A stretch of DNA of 29,485 nt from Candidatus Micrarchaeota archaeon (lineage in GTDB: Archaea > Iainarchaeota > Iainarchaeia > Iainarchaeales > JAGVWC01): the NCBI GenBank assembly GCA_043803815.1, contig JAZDJR010000023.1, positions 1 to 29,485 on the forward strand, in the 5' to 3' direction. A model generated the notes under the pieces. The model made no database searches, had not been told where the DNA came from, and was given only the letters and a program-made list of their open reading frames with translations. Positions 9,764-17,874 of the stretch are shown here, in pieces. A program made the position numbers and the translations under genes. How positions within the stretch are numbered: the stretch's first letter is position 1; the number at the start of each line of letters is the position of its first letter.

Positions 9764-9903
9764 GGGGCTGTAGTCTAGCCTGGTAGGATTCATGCTTTGG
9801 GAGAGCCCCTTTTCTTTTTAGGAAAAGAAAAGGCCCTCGGTTCAAAAGAAAACCCGTTGGTCCAAACGAGCATGTGACGGGGGTTCAAATCCTCCCAGCC
9901 CCA
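9764..9903 (+). tRNA. tRNA-Pro(TGG) with 67-nt intron at 37/38 (intron 9802-9868); CCA not encoded
   Basis: Acceptor GGGGCTG/CAGCCCC-A; anticodon stem CATGC/GCATG; T-loop TTCAAAT; canonical BHB (TTTG/CAAA helix, bulges GGA and CGA). Confidence 0.95.
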
Positions 9904-10140
9904 CAGCTTTTTTTGCATGGCAAAAAAACCTCCGTTTTGGGCACCGAATCAAGCAGTGCTTGATTGGCCCTTTTTGGCCAACAGCCAAAAATGGAAGCCC
10001 AAAAGGACCCTTGAAGCTTTGCTTCAAGTGGTGGGAAAAAATTGCCTTCGGCAACAGCTTTTTTTCATTCTGGAAAAAAACCCGGGAAAAACTTCGATTC
10101 TTTTTTCGGGTTTTCTTTCCAAGAAAAGTTTTGCGGGGAA
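9903..10140. repeat. Mosaic of short hairpins and triplex-type repeats
   Basis: At least six inverted repeats; ACAGCTTTTTTT at both 9903 and 10054. Confidence 0.75.
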
Positions 10141-10156
10141 CCGCTAATTTTAGTTT

Positions 10157-11401
10157 TTATTTTTTCGGTTGGCTCTGAAAATGAACCAGCATGTTCAGTC
10201 GGACAATGTATTTGTGCACATTTATTTTTTTTTCAATTTCTTCGGCTTCTATCAATAATTGGGCGGTTTTTTCGGGTGATTGGTTCGGTTGTGCCGCATC
10301 CACCACTTTGGCGCGGATTTCGTTGCGCAGCAGAAATTGTTTGACCGCGCTGTTCAGGATTTTTTTGTCGGTTTCAAACCGCCCCGTGATGCGGGGCGTT
10401 TGGTGGTCATCGTGGTAATACAGGCCGTTTTCGGATTTTGCCATAAGGAGTGCGGACTGGAATTTGATCAGTTTGGTTGAATGAAAGTTTTCTTCTTGTT
10501 GGAGAAATTCCGCGATTACGCTCGCGGTTCTCATGGGATGATGCTGGGGTTTGGCTACTGTTAAATGCTCGTTCTTAACTTGTTCCCGCATTTCTTTGGG
10601 ATTGGGCTCTTCCATTTGCTGGAGGCCGGGAAGTAGATATGTGCGTGCCAGCCTTTTGCTTTCCGCTATCTGGTTCTCCAGTTTTTGCATAGCCTTAAGC
10701 CGGGCTATAATCTGGATATGAATATCTTTGTCCTGTTGGACTTCATTTATTGAAAGCTGGTCAAACTCCGCGACAAGCGCTTGGATATGGCTGGTTACCC
10801 TGTCAAGCTGTTCGGGAGTAGCCCCTCGACGTTTGTATTCTGTGTATACTCCCTTGGCTTGCTGGATTTTGCGCGTTATTTCTTGGGGCTTTTCTGGGTG
10901 CGAAAGGGAAACTGCTGCGAGTTCTTTCCGCAGCTGGCCGATTTCATCGCGCCGTTCGCGCATGATTCGCGCTTGGTCCCACATTCCGGAATCATTGATA
11001 AAATTGCCGGTTACATTAGGCGTTTCGGTTTCAGGATACCAAAATTCGCGTTCGGTTTGAAGTTGCCTGGAAATGTGTTTCCAAAGCCGGGGGAATAAGT
11101 GGGATTCGTTGCGGAGAAAAACCGCCAAATCGGGCAATTGAAGCGCACGGTCCTTAACCCCGTGGGCTTTTTGTTCGCTAAGAAAATTAAACCAAGTCAT
11201 TTTTTTGGATTTTTCCTTGAAAGCGGAACGGCGCCGTGGAACTGCATCTCCAAAAACTACAAGCCGCCTTCCTTTCAACGCGTTTCGAGCGCGATTAAAG
11301 CTTTGCCGTGCGAATTCGGCATTTTTCTTTAAGCAAACCTTGGTTCGGATTCCGACATTTCGCATTTTTTTTCGAAGGAGCCTTCTTCCCGTTGCTGCCA
11401 T
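10157..11401 (-). CDS. Orphan coiled-coil protein with Arg/Lys-rich N-terminus
   Basis: 414 aa ORF; GAGGT just before ATG; no motif recognised. Confidence 0.75.
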   Translation of the reverse strand: MAATGRRLLRKKMRNVGIRTKVCLKKNAEFARQSFNRARNALKGRRLVVFGDAVPRRRSAFKEKSKKMTWFNFLSEQKAHGVKDRALQLPDLAVFLRNESHLFPRLWKHISRQLQTEREFWYPETETPNVTGNFINDSGMWDQARIMRERRDEIGQLRKELAAVSLSHPEKPQEITRKIQQAKGVYTEYKRRGATPEQLDRVTSHIQALVAEFDQLSINEVQQDKDIHIQIIARLKAMQKLENQIAESKRLARTYLLPGLQQMEEPNPKEMREQVKNEHLTVAKPQHHPMRTASVIAEFLQQEENFHSTKLIKFQSALLMAKSENGLYYHDDHQTPRITGRFETDKKILNSAVKQFLLRNEIRAKVVDAAQPNQSPEKTAQLLIEAEEIEKKINVHKYIVRLNMLVHFQSQPKK

Positions 11402-11482
11402 ACCTCATTTTGTTGCCCAGCAGATTAGAAAAAGGTTTGGTTGGCCGCTTGGCAGTTAAAAAAAAACGTTAAAAACAACAGT

Positions 11483-12691
11483 TTAATCCAGCTGAAAGCT
11501 TTTGAACGTCTTGAGGATTTCGTCGTTGTACGAGTCGTGCTGTTCCTGGGTTCCCGAAAAAACCACGCGAATCAGCTGACCGGCTTTTTTTGCAAACAGC
11601 GAATAATGCACCATCGGCTCGACCAAACCCGTTTTGGTGTACGTGACAAAAAAGTATTCCAAAACGCGGTCTTTTTCGCCCACCATAACGTCGGGATTTT
11701 GCTTTAAAAATTCCTCCACGCTTTCGTCCAAACTGAAAAATTCGTTGGTTTCATCCAAAAAAACCTCGAGCTTGAAACCGTCTTTTTCAACCGACACCAA
11801 GGCGCTTGAATCCGAATTTTTGGATTTTTCCCAGGCGGGATAATCCAATGAAAAAACCGAATGCGAAAAATGCAGGGATTCTTCTTTGGTTTCTGCGACC
11901 GCATCGGCCAAATCTTCTTTGGTTTCTGCCACCGCCTTGGCCAACGCCTCTTTGGCTTCTTCAAGGCTTAGCGATGAGGCCTTTTTCGGTTCGCTAATGA
12001 CGGGTTCTTCCGCTGGTGCGACGGGTTTTGGAATAAAGGGAATAGTCGCCATTGGTTTTTTCGGTTTTGGTTTTTTTTCGCGGTGAGTCTGCACAAATGA
12101 CGGTCCGCCAAGCGGGGACGATTCATTGATTGAAAACCCGCCGATTTTGGGTCTGGCCAAAGAAACCTTTTTCTTTGGTTTCTGCAAAACTTTCGGCTTT
12201 GCTTTGATTTTTATTTTTTTAAGCGGTTTAGCTGGCTTAATCAAAACGGGTTTTGGCTTGCCGCGACCTTTAACGGGCAAAACCCGCTTTGCGGCCGCGA
12301 TTTTTTTCTTGGAAACGATTTTTGGCTTTGGCGGCCGGTTTTTTTGCAAAAACGACTTGAGTTTTTCGATTTTGCCCTTGATTTTTTCCTGCTGGCCGCG
12401 CAGTTTTTTGATTACAACGGTTTTTTGCACCAATTGCGTTTTTCTGTTTTTAAGGCGGTTCAATCGCAGTTCCAGTTCGGCCTGCGAATGCGACTTTGTT
12501 TTTTCGGCTTTGGAAACCGCGCGCAGTTCTTCATCGATGGCCTTGGCCAAAGCGGACTGCAGCTGGGCATCCGATTGCTGCTCGGCTTTCTGAAGGATTG
12601 CAATCGCTTTTTGCTTTTGGCTGATTTCGCGGGTCAAATCAAAAACCTGTTTTTCCATTTCCATAATTCTGGATGGCGCATTATCCGTCAT
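11483..12691 (-). CDS. Coiled-coil, Lys/Pro-rich protein with C-terminal PsbP-like domain
   Basis: Heptad N-terminus, low-complexity middle, C-terminus FSLDYPAWEK...ILKTFKSFQL. Confidence 0.7.
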   Translation of the reverse strand: MTDNAPSRIMEMEKQVFDLTREISQKQKAIAILQKAEQQSDAQLQSALAKAIDEELRAVSKAEKTKSHSQAELELRLNRLKNRKTQLVQKTVVIKKLRGQQEKIKGKIEKLKSFLQKNRPPKPKIVSKKKIAAAKRVLPVKGRGKPKPVLIKPAKPLKKIKIKAKPKVLQKPKKKVSLARPKIGGFSINESSPLGGPSFVQTHREKKPKPKKPMATIPFIPKPVAPAEEPVISEPKKASSLSLEEAKEALAKAVAETKEDLADAVAETKEESLHFSHSVFSLDYPAWEKSKNSDSSALVSVEKDGFKLEVFLDETNEFFSLDESVEEFLKQNPDVMVGEKDRVLEYFFVTYTKTGLVEPMVHYSLFAKKAGQLIRVVFSGTQEQHDSYNDEILKTFKSFQLD

Positions 12692-13062
12692 TTTTTTCCC
12701 GCCTTTTTAAGCGCTTTATTAAAGCCGCGCTGCAACGATTCCAGTTCGCGCTGCAAAACTTTTTGCTCCCACACCGCGTTCATAATTTGCTGGGTTTTGG
12801 TTTGCTTGGACAGCGCCTTGATTTGGCCGCCGACTTTTTTGCGCACTTCCTTGGTCTGGCTCTCGGTCTGCTCTTCCCGTAACACCAATGAACGGTACGA
12901 TTGCCGCAATTGACGGTCAAGGTTTTGCTGGGCCAAAAACAGTTTTTTTTCAAGGGACAGCAAAGCGATTTCTTCAAGCACGATTTGTTTTCGCGTTTTG
13001 TGCAGCTGCTCTTCCAATTGGCCGACCCGCTTTAAAAAATCGTTTTCAACCACTTTAGCCAC
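12688..13062 (-). CDS. Coiled-coil hypothetical protein
   Basis: GTG at 13062 lies about 25 nt below a TTTATA box (13085-13090); stop overlaps the next start. Confidence 0.65.
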   Translation of the reverse strand: MAKVVENDFLKRVGQLEEQLHKTRKQIVLEEIALLSLEKKLFLAQQNLDRQLRQSYRSLVLREEQTESQTKEVRKKVGGQIKALSKQTKTQQIMNAVWEQKVLQRELESLQRGFNKALKKAGKK

Positions 13063-13170
13063 GATTACTATGACGATTTTTTGGTATAAATAGGTTTGGT
13101 CTGCGGTCCAAACACCATTTAAAAAACGATTCAAGCGCAATTTAATCGGAATTCACTGGCGTTTAATCGG

Positions 13171-13278
13171 TTGGGGCCGTAGCCGTAGCAGCCTTTTTAA
13201 TAAAAAGGCTGGCGAAAAAATAGTATCGGGCATTCTAAGAATGCCCGGTCGTATGCGTCGTAAATGGACCAACCATTT
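13171..13278. repeat. Duplicated tRNA 5' end (12 bp) plus double-hairpin element resembling the tRNA intron
   Basis: TTGGGGCCGTAG at 13171 and 13277; hairpins CAGCCTTTTT/AAAAAGGCTG and CGGGCATTC/GAATGCCCG. Confidence 0.8.
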
Positions 13279-13424
13279 GGGGCCGTAGTCTAGCCTGGTA
13301 GGATTTCAGCATGGGGAGAACCTTTGTCAAAGGTTCGCGAAAAATACGTTATACCCTTTTCAAGGGTACTGCGTATGCCATTGCCAGCGTGCTGAAGACG
13401 GGAGTTCAAATCTCTCCGGCCCCA
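13279..13424 (+). tRNA. tRNA-Pro(GGG) with 73-nt intron at 37/38 (intron 13317-13389); CCA not encoded
   Basis: Acceptor GGGGCCG/CGGCCCC-A; anticodon stem TCAGC/GCTGA; A32/U38; T-loop TTCAAAT; relaxed BHB. Confidence 0.92.
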
Positions 13425-13425
13425 A

Positions 13426-13497
13426 AATTACTGGTTTCTTTTCCCCAGGCTTTTCTTTTCCAAAGAAAAGGCTGGTGGACAATCTCTCCGGCCCCAA
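13426..13497. repeat. Triplex-type hairpin element followed by a 17-bp copy of the tRNA 3' end
   Basis: AATCTCTCCGGCCCCAA at 13409 and 13481; TTTCTTTTC-N6-CTTTTCTTT-N3-AAAGAAAAG between them. Confidence 0.85.
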
Positions 13498-13545
13498 CCC
13501 ACATTTTCGACTGCTGTATATTTTAATGAGAAGCCATATTTGAAT

Positions 13546-14436
13546 ATGATTCAATCAATCAAAGCGTACGGCTTTGCATTGCTATCCGTAATGCTTTGGG
13601 CAACCGCGGCCGCGGTTTCCAAACTGCTTTTGGGCAAAGGGTTAAATGCCCTGCAATTGCTGCTGTTCACTTCTTTTTTTGCCACGGTGTCACTTGTCCT
13701 GGTTGCGGCAAGCAACGGCAAATTAAAACTGGTAAAACATTTTTCCGTTAAAGAATGGATTCAGCTGGGCGCCATCGGAGCCATTGGAATTTTTTTGTAT
13801 CACATTTGTTATTTCGGCTCCCTGCAATATTTGCCCGCGCAGGAAACAACCATTATCAATTATTTGTGGCCGCTAATGACCGTGCTCATCGCGATTCCGC
13901 TTTTGCACGAATCGTTTTCGATTCGAAAACTTGGGGCAACGGTTTTGTCGCTGGCGGGAGTCTGGATAGTCGTATCCAACGGAAATATTTTTTCATTCCG
14001 CTTTGACAACGCTTTTGGCGTTGCTTTGGCGTTTTCAGGAGCCGTGCTATACGGATTGTTTGCGGTTCTGGGAAAAAAATCCAAGATTGACAAAACCTCC
14101 AGCATGCTGGCATACTGCGCGGTCACGTTTGCGTTATCCCTGATTTCGGTTCCGGTATTCAGCCGCATTCCGGCTATTTCGCTTTTGCAGTTAATTGGAA
14201 CTGCATGGCTTGGCATTTGCATCGGAATCGGCTTTTGGCTCTGGTTTTTGGCTTTGCATTACGGCGACACGGCTAAAATTTCCAATCTGGCGTATTTAGT
14301 CCCGTTTATTTCCCTGGTATTTGTGTATGTTTTATTGGCCGAGGAAATCATGTGGTTTTCCATTGCCGGCCTTGTGCTGATTGTGGCGGGCATTTTCGCG
14401 CAAACCTGGCCAAAACCCGATTTTAAACGGCAATAG
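13546..14436 (+). CDS. DMT/EamA family transporter
   Basis: About 10 TM in two repeats; INYLWPL, LAYLVPF, LLAEEI. Confidence 0.92.
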   Translation: MIQSIKAYGFALLSVMLWATAAAVSKLLLGKGLNALQLLLFTSFFATVSLVLVAASNGKLKLVKHFSVKEWIQLGAIGAIGIFLYHICYFGSLQYLPAQETTIINYLWPLMTVLIAIPLLHESFSIRKLGATVLSLAGVWIVVSNGNIFSFRFDNAFGVALAFSGAVLYGLFAVLGKKSKIDKTSSMLAYCAVTFALSLISVPVFSRIPAISLLQLIGTAWLGICIGIGFWLWFLALHYGDTAKISNLAYLVPFISLVFVYVLLAEEIMWFSIAGLVLIVAGIFAQTWPKPDFKRQ

Positions 14437-14480
14437 CGTTTGGTTTAAAATTCCCTCAATTCCTTGTATTATGACTAATC

Positions 14481-15956
14481 ATGCCCGAAACAAAACCCGA
14501 AAAAGTGACTTTTGCAATCGACAAGGAAGCCAATTTTTCCGAATGGTTCACTGAAATCATCAAGATCGCGGAACTCGCGGACCTGCGCTACAACGTCAAA
14601 GGATTTTTGGTTTATCAGCCCTGGTCGGTTCTGACCATGGAAAAAATGTACGATTTTTTGGAAGAACTTTTGCAGAAAAAAGGCCACAATCCGTATTGGT
14701 ATCCCGTACTAATTCCCGAGGGAAATTTAAAGATGGAAGCCGAGCATGTGGAAGGATTTGCACCCGAAGTATTCTGGGTAACCGAAACCGGCGACGGCCA
14801 AAAGCTTGAGGAAAAGATGGCTTTGCGCCCCACTAGCGAAACCGCGTTTTACCAGATGTTCGCCTTGTGGATTCGCTCTTACAACGATTTGCCGTTTAAG
14901 ACCTACCAGCGCGCGCAGGTATTTCGCTACGAAACCAAAGCCACGCGCCCGTTTTTGCGCAGCCGCGAAATTTATTGGATAGAAACCCACAACGCTTTTT
15001 CCAATCATGAGGACGCATTAAGGCAAATTCAGGAAGACATGAAAACCACCGTCGAATTCTTAACAGAATATCTGGGAATTCCTTTTATTTTTTTCAAGCG
15101 CCCCCAATGGGACAAATTCGCCGGCGCAATCAACACCTACGCCGCGGATTCCTTGATGCCGGACGGAAAAGTCGTCCAGCAGCCGTCCATGCACGATTTG
15201 GGGCAAAACTTTTCCAAAGCGTTTAACGTAACCTTCAAGGACAAGGACGGAACCGACAAATTCGCCTACATTACCTGCTTTGGGCCCGCCATTTCCCGCA
15301 TTTTTGCCTCGCTCATTTCGGTTCACGGCGACACCAAAGGACTGCGCTTTCCGTTTGAAGTCGCGCCAAAGCAAATCGTGCTTATCCCGATGGCGGCCAA
15401 CAAAGACCCGAACGTTTTGCCGTTTGCCCGAAAACTCGCGGAAGAACTGCGGTTAAGCGGCTACCGCGTGCACCTGGACCGGTCGGACAAAATGCCCGGC
15501 GAAAAGTTTTATTTCTGGGAAATGAAAGGCGTGCCGCTTCGAATCGAAATCGGGCCCCGCGAACTCAAAAACAAAAAACTCGTAGTGTACCGCCGCGACT
15601 TGCAGCAAAAAGAAACGATTAACGCCAAAGACCTAGCCGGCTGGATTCAAAAAACCGGAAAAGAACTTTCAAGCAACCTGCGAAAAGACGCCGGTCACCT
15701 GTTTGACAACGCGATTAAAGACGCGAATTCTTTTGAAGAACTCAAAAAACTCATCAACACCCGCGGATTTGTCAGAACCAATTTTTGCACCGACGAACTA
15801 AGCGCAAGCGCCTGCGCGGAAAAAATCGAAAAAGAGCTTTCCGCCAACGTGCGCGGACAAAGAGCAGAAAAAACCGAACAGCCCTTCGGAAACAAGACCT
15901 GCATTGCCTGCGGAAAACCCGCCAAAGTCGTACTGTACGTGGCCAAGCAATATTAG
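14481..15956 (+). CDS. proS: Prolyl-tRNA synthetase, archaeal/eukaryotic type
   Basis: LRPTSET, FRYETKATRPFLRSRE, HDLGQNFSKAF, HGDTKGL, anticodon domain WEMKGVPLRIEIGPRE, CIACG, terminal Tyr. Confidence 0.96.
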   Translation: MPETKPEKVTFAIDKEANFSEWFTEIIKIAELADLRYNVKGFLVYQPWSVLTMEKMYDFLEELLQKKGHNPYWYPVLIPEGNLKMEAEHVEGFAPEVFWVTETGDGQKLEEKMALRPTSETAFYQMFALWIRSYNDLPFKTYQRAQVFRYETKATRPFLRSREIYWIETHNAFSNHEDALRQIQEDMKTTVEFLTEYLGIPFIFFKRPQWDKFAGAINTYAADSLMPDGKVVQQPSMHDLGQNFSKAFNVTFKDKDGTDKFAYITCFGPAISRIFASLISVHGDTKGLRFPFEVAPKQIVLIPMAANKDPNVLPFARKLAEELRLSGYRVHLDRSDKMPGEKFYFWEMKGVPLRIEIGPRELKNKKLVVYRRDLQQKETINAKDLAGWIQKTGKELSSNLRKDAGHLFDNAIKDANSFEELKKLINTRGFVRTNFCTDELSASACAEKIEKELSANVRGQRAEKTEQPFGNKTCIACGKPAKVVLYVAKQY

Positions 15957-15964
15957 GTGCAATT

Positions 15965-16630
15965 GTGGAACTCAAAGCAGTTTTGTTTGACTTGGACGGC
16001 ACTCTCATCGACTCGATTCCGCTTCACAAAAAGTCGTTTCAGCTTTTGTTTTACAAATTCGGCCGGCGCCTTCCCGAAAAATCAATCAGCCAATACATCC
16101 GCTGGTCAACCGAAGAAATTTACCGAAAACTAAAAGTCGCGCAAAAACTCGGCTTGCCGATTGAAACGTTTTTGCGCTTGCGCCGGGAAATTTATTGGGG
16201 GCTCGTCAAAAAAAAGAAAAACCTCGAATTCAAATCGCGCACCGCTTTTTTAAAAAAACTCAAAAAACAAGGATTTAAACTCGCGCTGGTGACGAATTCC
16301 TCGCGCCAAACTACGGAACGCACCACCCCCAAGCGCGTGTTAAAACTGTTTGACTGCATCGCCACTTTTTCAGAGGTTTTGCACGGAAAGCCGGCTCCGG
16401 ACTTGCTGCAATTCGCGTGCCGAAAAATGAAACTCAACCCCGCGGAATGCATCATGGTCGGCGATTCGATTGTGGACCTGAAAGCAGCTGAGTCTGCAAA
16501 AATACGGGGAATTGGTTTTTGGGGAAAAACAGGGGCGTCTTCTTTTTCCGATTTGAAAAAGGAAAAACCGTTTAAGATTGTAAAAACCGTGCGGAAACTG
16601 AAATCGGTTTTGGATTCGCTTGGAAAATAA
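15965..16630 (+). CDS. HAD-family phosphatase (IA)
   Basis: FDLDGTLIDS, VTNS, KPAPD, VGDSIVD; GTG at 15965 after AGGTG. Confidence 0.92.
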   Translation: MELKAVLFDLDGTLIDSIPLHKKSFQLLFYKFGRRLPEKSISQYIRWSTEEIYRKLKVAQKLGLPIETFLRLRREIYWGLVKKKKNLEFKSRTAFLKKLKKQGFKLALVTNSSRQTTERTTPKRVLKLFDCIATFSEVLHGKPAPDLLQFACRKMKLNPAECIMVGDSIVDLKAAESAKIRGIGFWGKTGASSFSDLKKEKPFKIVKTVRKLKSVLDSLGK

Positions 16631-17359
16631 CTACATTTCGCCTTTTTTTCTTGCATATTCCATAATGGCCTGTCTTTCTTGAGGCGACAAGTTGCGCACA
16701 GTAAGTAATCCGTTCAGCGCGTTTTGGTGATAGGTTATTTGCCGGTCTACAAATTCGCGGTTTTTGGCGGAAAGAACGATTCTCAGTTCCTCGCACACTT
16801 GTTTTAGTTTTTGCCAATGCATGAGCTGTTTTTTTCCGCCGGCAATGATTTTCCGGTATGCACTTGACCCGGTTTTTCCTTTGCAATTGATGAGTGCGAT
16901 TCCAATGGCGTACTTTACGTCCATGTCCCTGTTGTTATCGCGAAACAGCGTTTCCCGCATCTTTCGCTGGTAATCGATTCCAAGAGGAACGAATTTTCGA
17001 AGGAATTCGCGCTGTTGTTCGGGAGTTTGGCGTTCCAAAGCCTGCAATTCGCGAAGCTGCTGTTCAATATAGTCCAGATTTGTTCGAAACAGTTCAATCG
17101 TTCGGGGGTCTGCCCTCAGTTTTTGGACTCGCTGAAGCGATAATTCCTGTTTTTCCCGTTTTCCGGAAAGTTCCGCAAAAATGCTTCCAACCGTGCGGTC
17201 CTCAATGAGTGCATTCATGACTTTGAGGGCGACTCCGATTCTGGATTGCGGAACGAACTCCGAAAACGGCTTTGCGCCGGCCTGCGGCCGAAAACTTTTC
17301 CGCCGCTGTTTTTCTTTCCTTTTTCTGCTTTGCTTATCCCGTCTTTGCTCGCGCGGCAT
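16631..17359 (-). CDS. Orphan helical protein with Arg/Lys-rich N-terminus
   Basis: 242 aa; MPREQRRDKQSRKRKEKQRRKSFR. Confidence 0.75.
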   Translation of the reverse strand: MPREQRRDKQSRKRKEKQRRKSFRPQAGAKPFSEFVPQSRIGVALKVMNALIEDRTVGSIFAELSGKREKQELSLQRVQKLRADPRTIELFRTNLDYIEQQLRELQALERQTPEQQREFLRKFVPLGIDYQRKMRETLFRDNNRDMDVKYAIGIALINCKGKTGSSAYRKIIAGGKKQLMHWQKLKQVCEELRIVLSAKNREFVDRQITYHQNALNGLLTVRNLSPQERQAIMEYARKKGEM

Positions 17360-17408
17360 ACTACTTACTACGATAAAATCAGGTTATTATTACTGCCGAA
17401 CGGCTCTC

Positions 17409-17870
17409 TTAAAAAATTCCCAGCCATTTTTTTCGCGGGGACAGCTGCAAGGCGTATTCGTCCACGACCGCGTCATCGATTTCTTTTTCCAAAGTCGAAA
17501 CCCAGACAAATCCCGCTTTTTGGTACATTTTTTGGGCGACTTTGTTTTCCCGCTTGACCAGTAACTCGACTTTTTCAAAGCGATTTTGCTTCAAAAACAA
17601 AATGGATTCTTTCAGCAATTCGGTTCCAACCCCTTTTTTTCGGAACCGAGGAAACACGGCGAGTCCGTTTAAGCGGACGATTTTGGCTGCCAGTTTTTCC
17701 AGTTCGATAAAACCCGCGAGTTTTTTTTCGCGCTCGATTTTAAACAAAAAAAAAGCGGGCAAATTCAGCTTGGCCTGAACCTGCAGACGCGGGTTCCGCA
17801 GGTAAGGAAACTCGGTTGCAATCAGTTCCTGCACCGGCTCCACGTCTTTTTCTTCCAGCGGTCCGAACAT
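17409..17870 (-). CDS. GNAT N-acetyltransferase (RimI-like)
   Basis: LAVFPRFRKKGVGTELL; ENKVAQKMYQKAGF. Confidence 0.92.
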   Translation of the reverse strand: MFGPLEEKDVEPVQELIATEFPYLRNPRLQVQAKLNLPAFFLFKIEREKKLAGFIELEKLAAKIVRLNGLAVFPRFRKKGVGTELLKESILFLKQNRFEKVELLVKRENKVAQKMYQKAGFVWVSTLEKEIDDAVVDEYALQLSPRKKWLGIF

Positions 17871-17874
17871 GCAA

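Noticed and set aside
9842-10344. Short ORFs over the tRNA and hairpin region
   Set aside because: Low-complexity translations of non-coding repeats
13171-13497. Split or permuted tRNA halves
   Set aside because: Fragments are only 12 and 17 bp, lack BHB-forming partners and flank an intact gene
15785-15964. Basic N-terminal extension of the HAD protein
   Set aside because: Overlaps proS; SD and GTG at 15965 directly precede motif I
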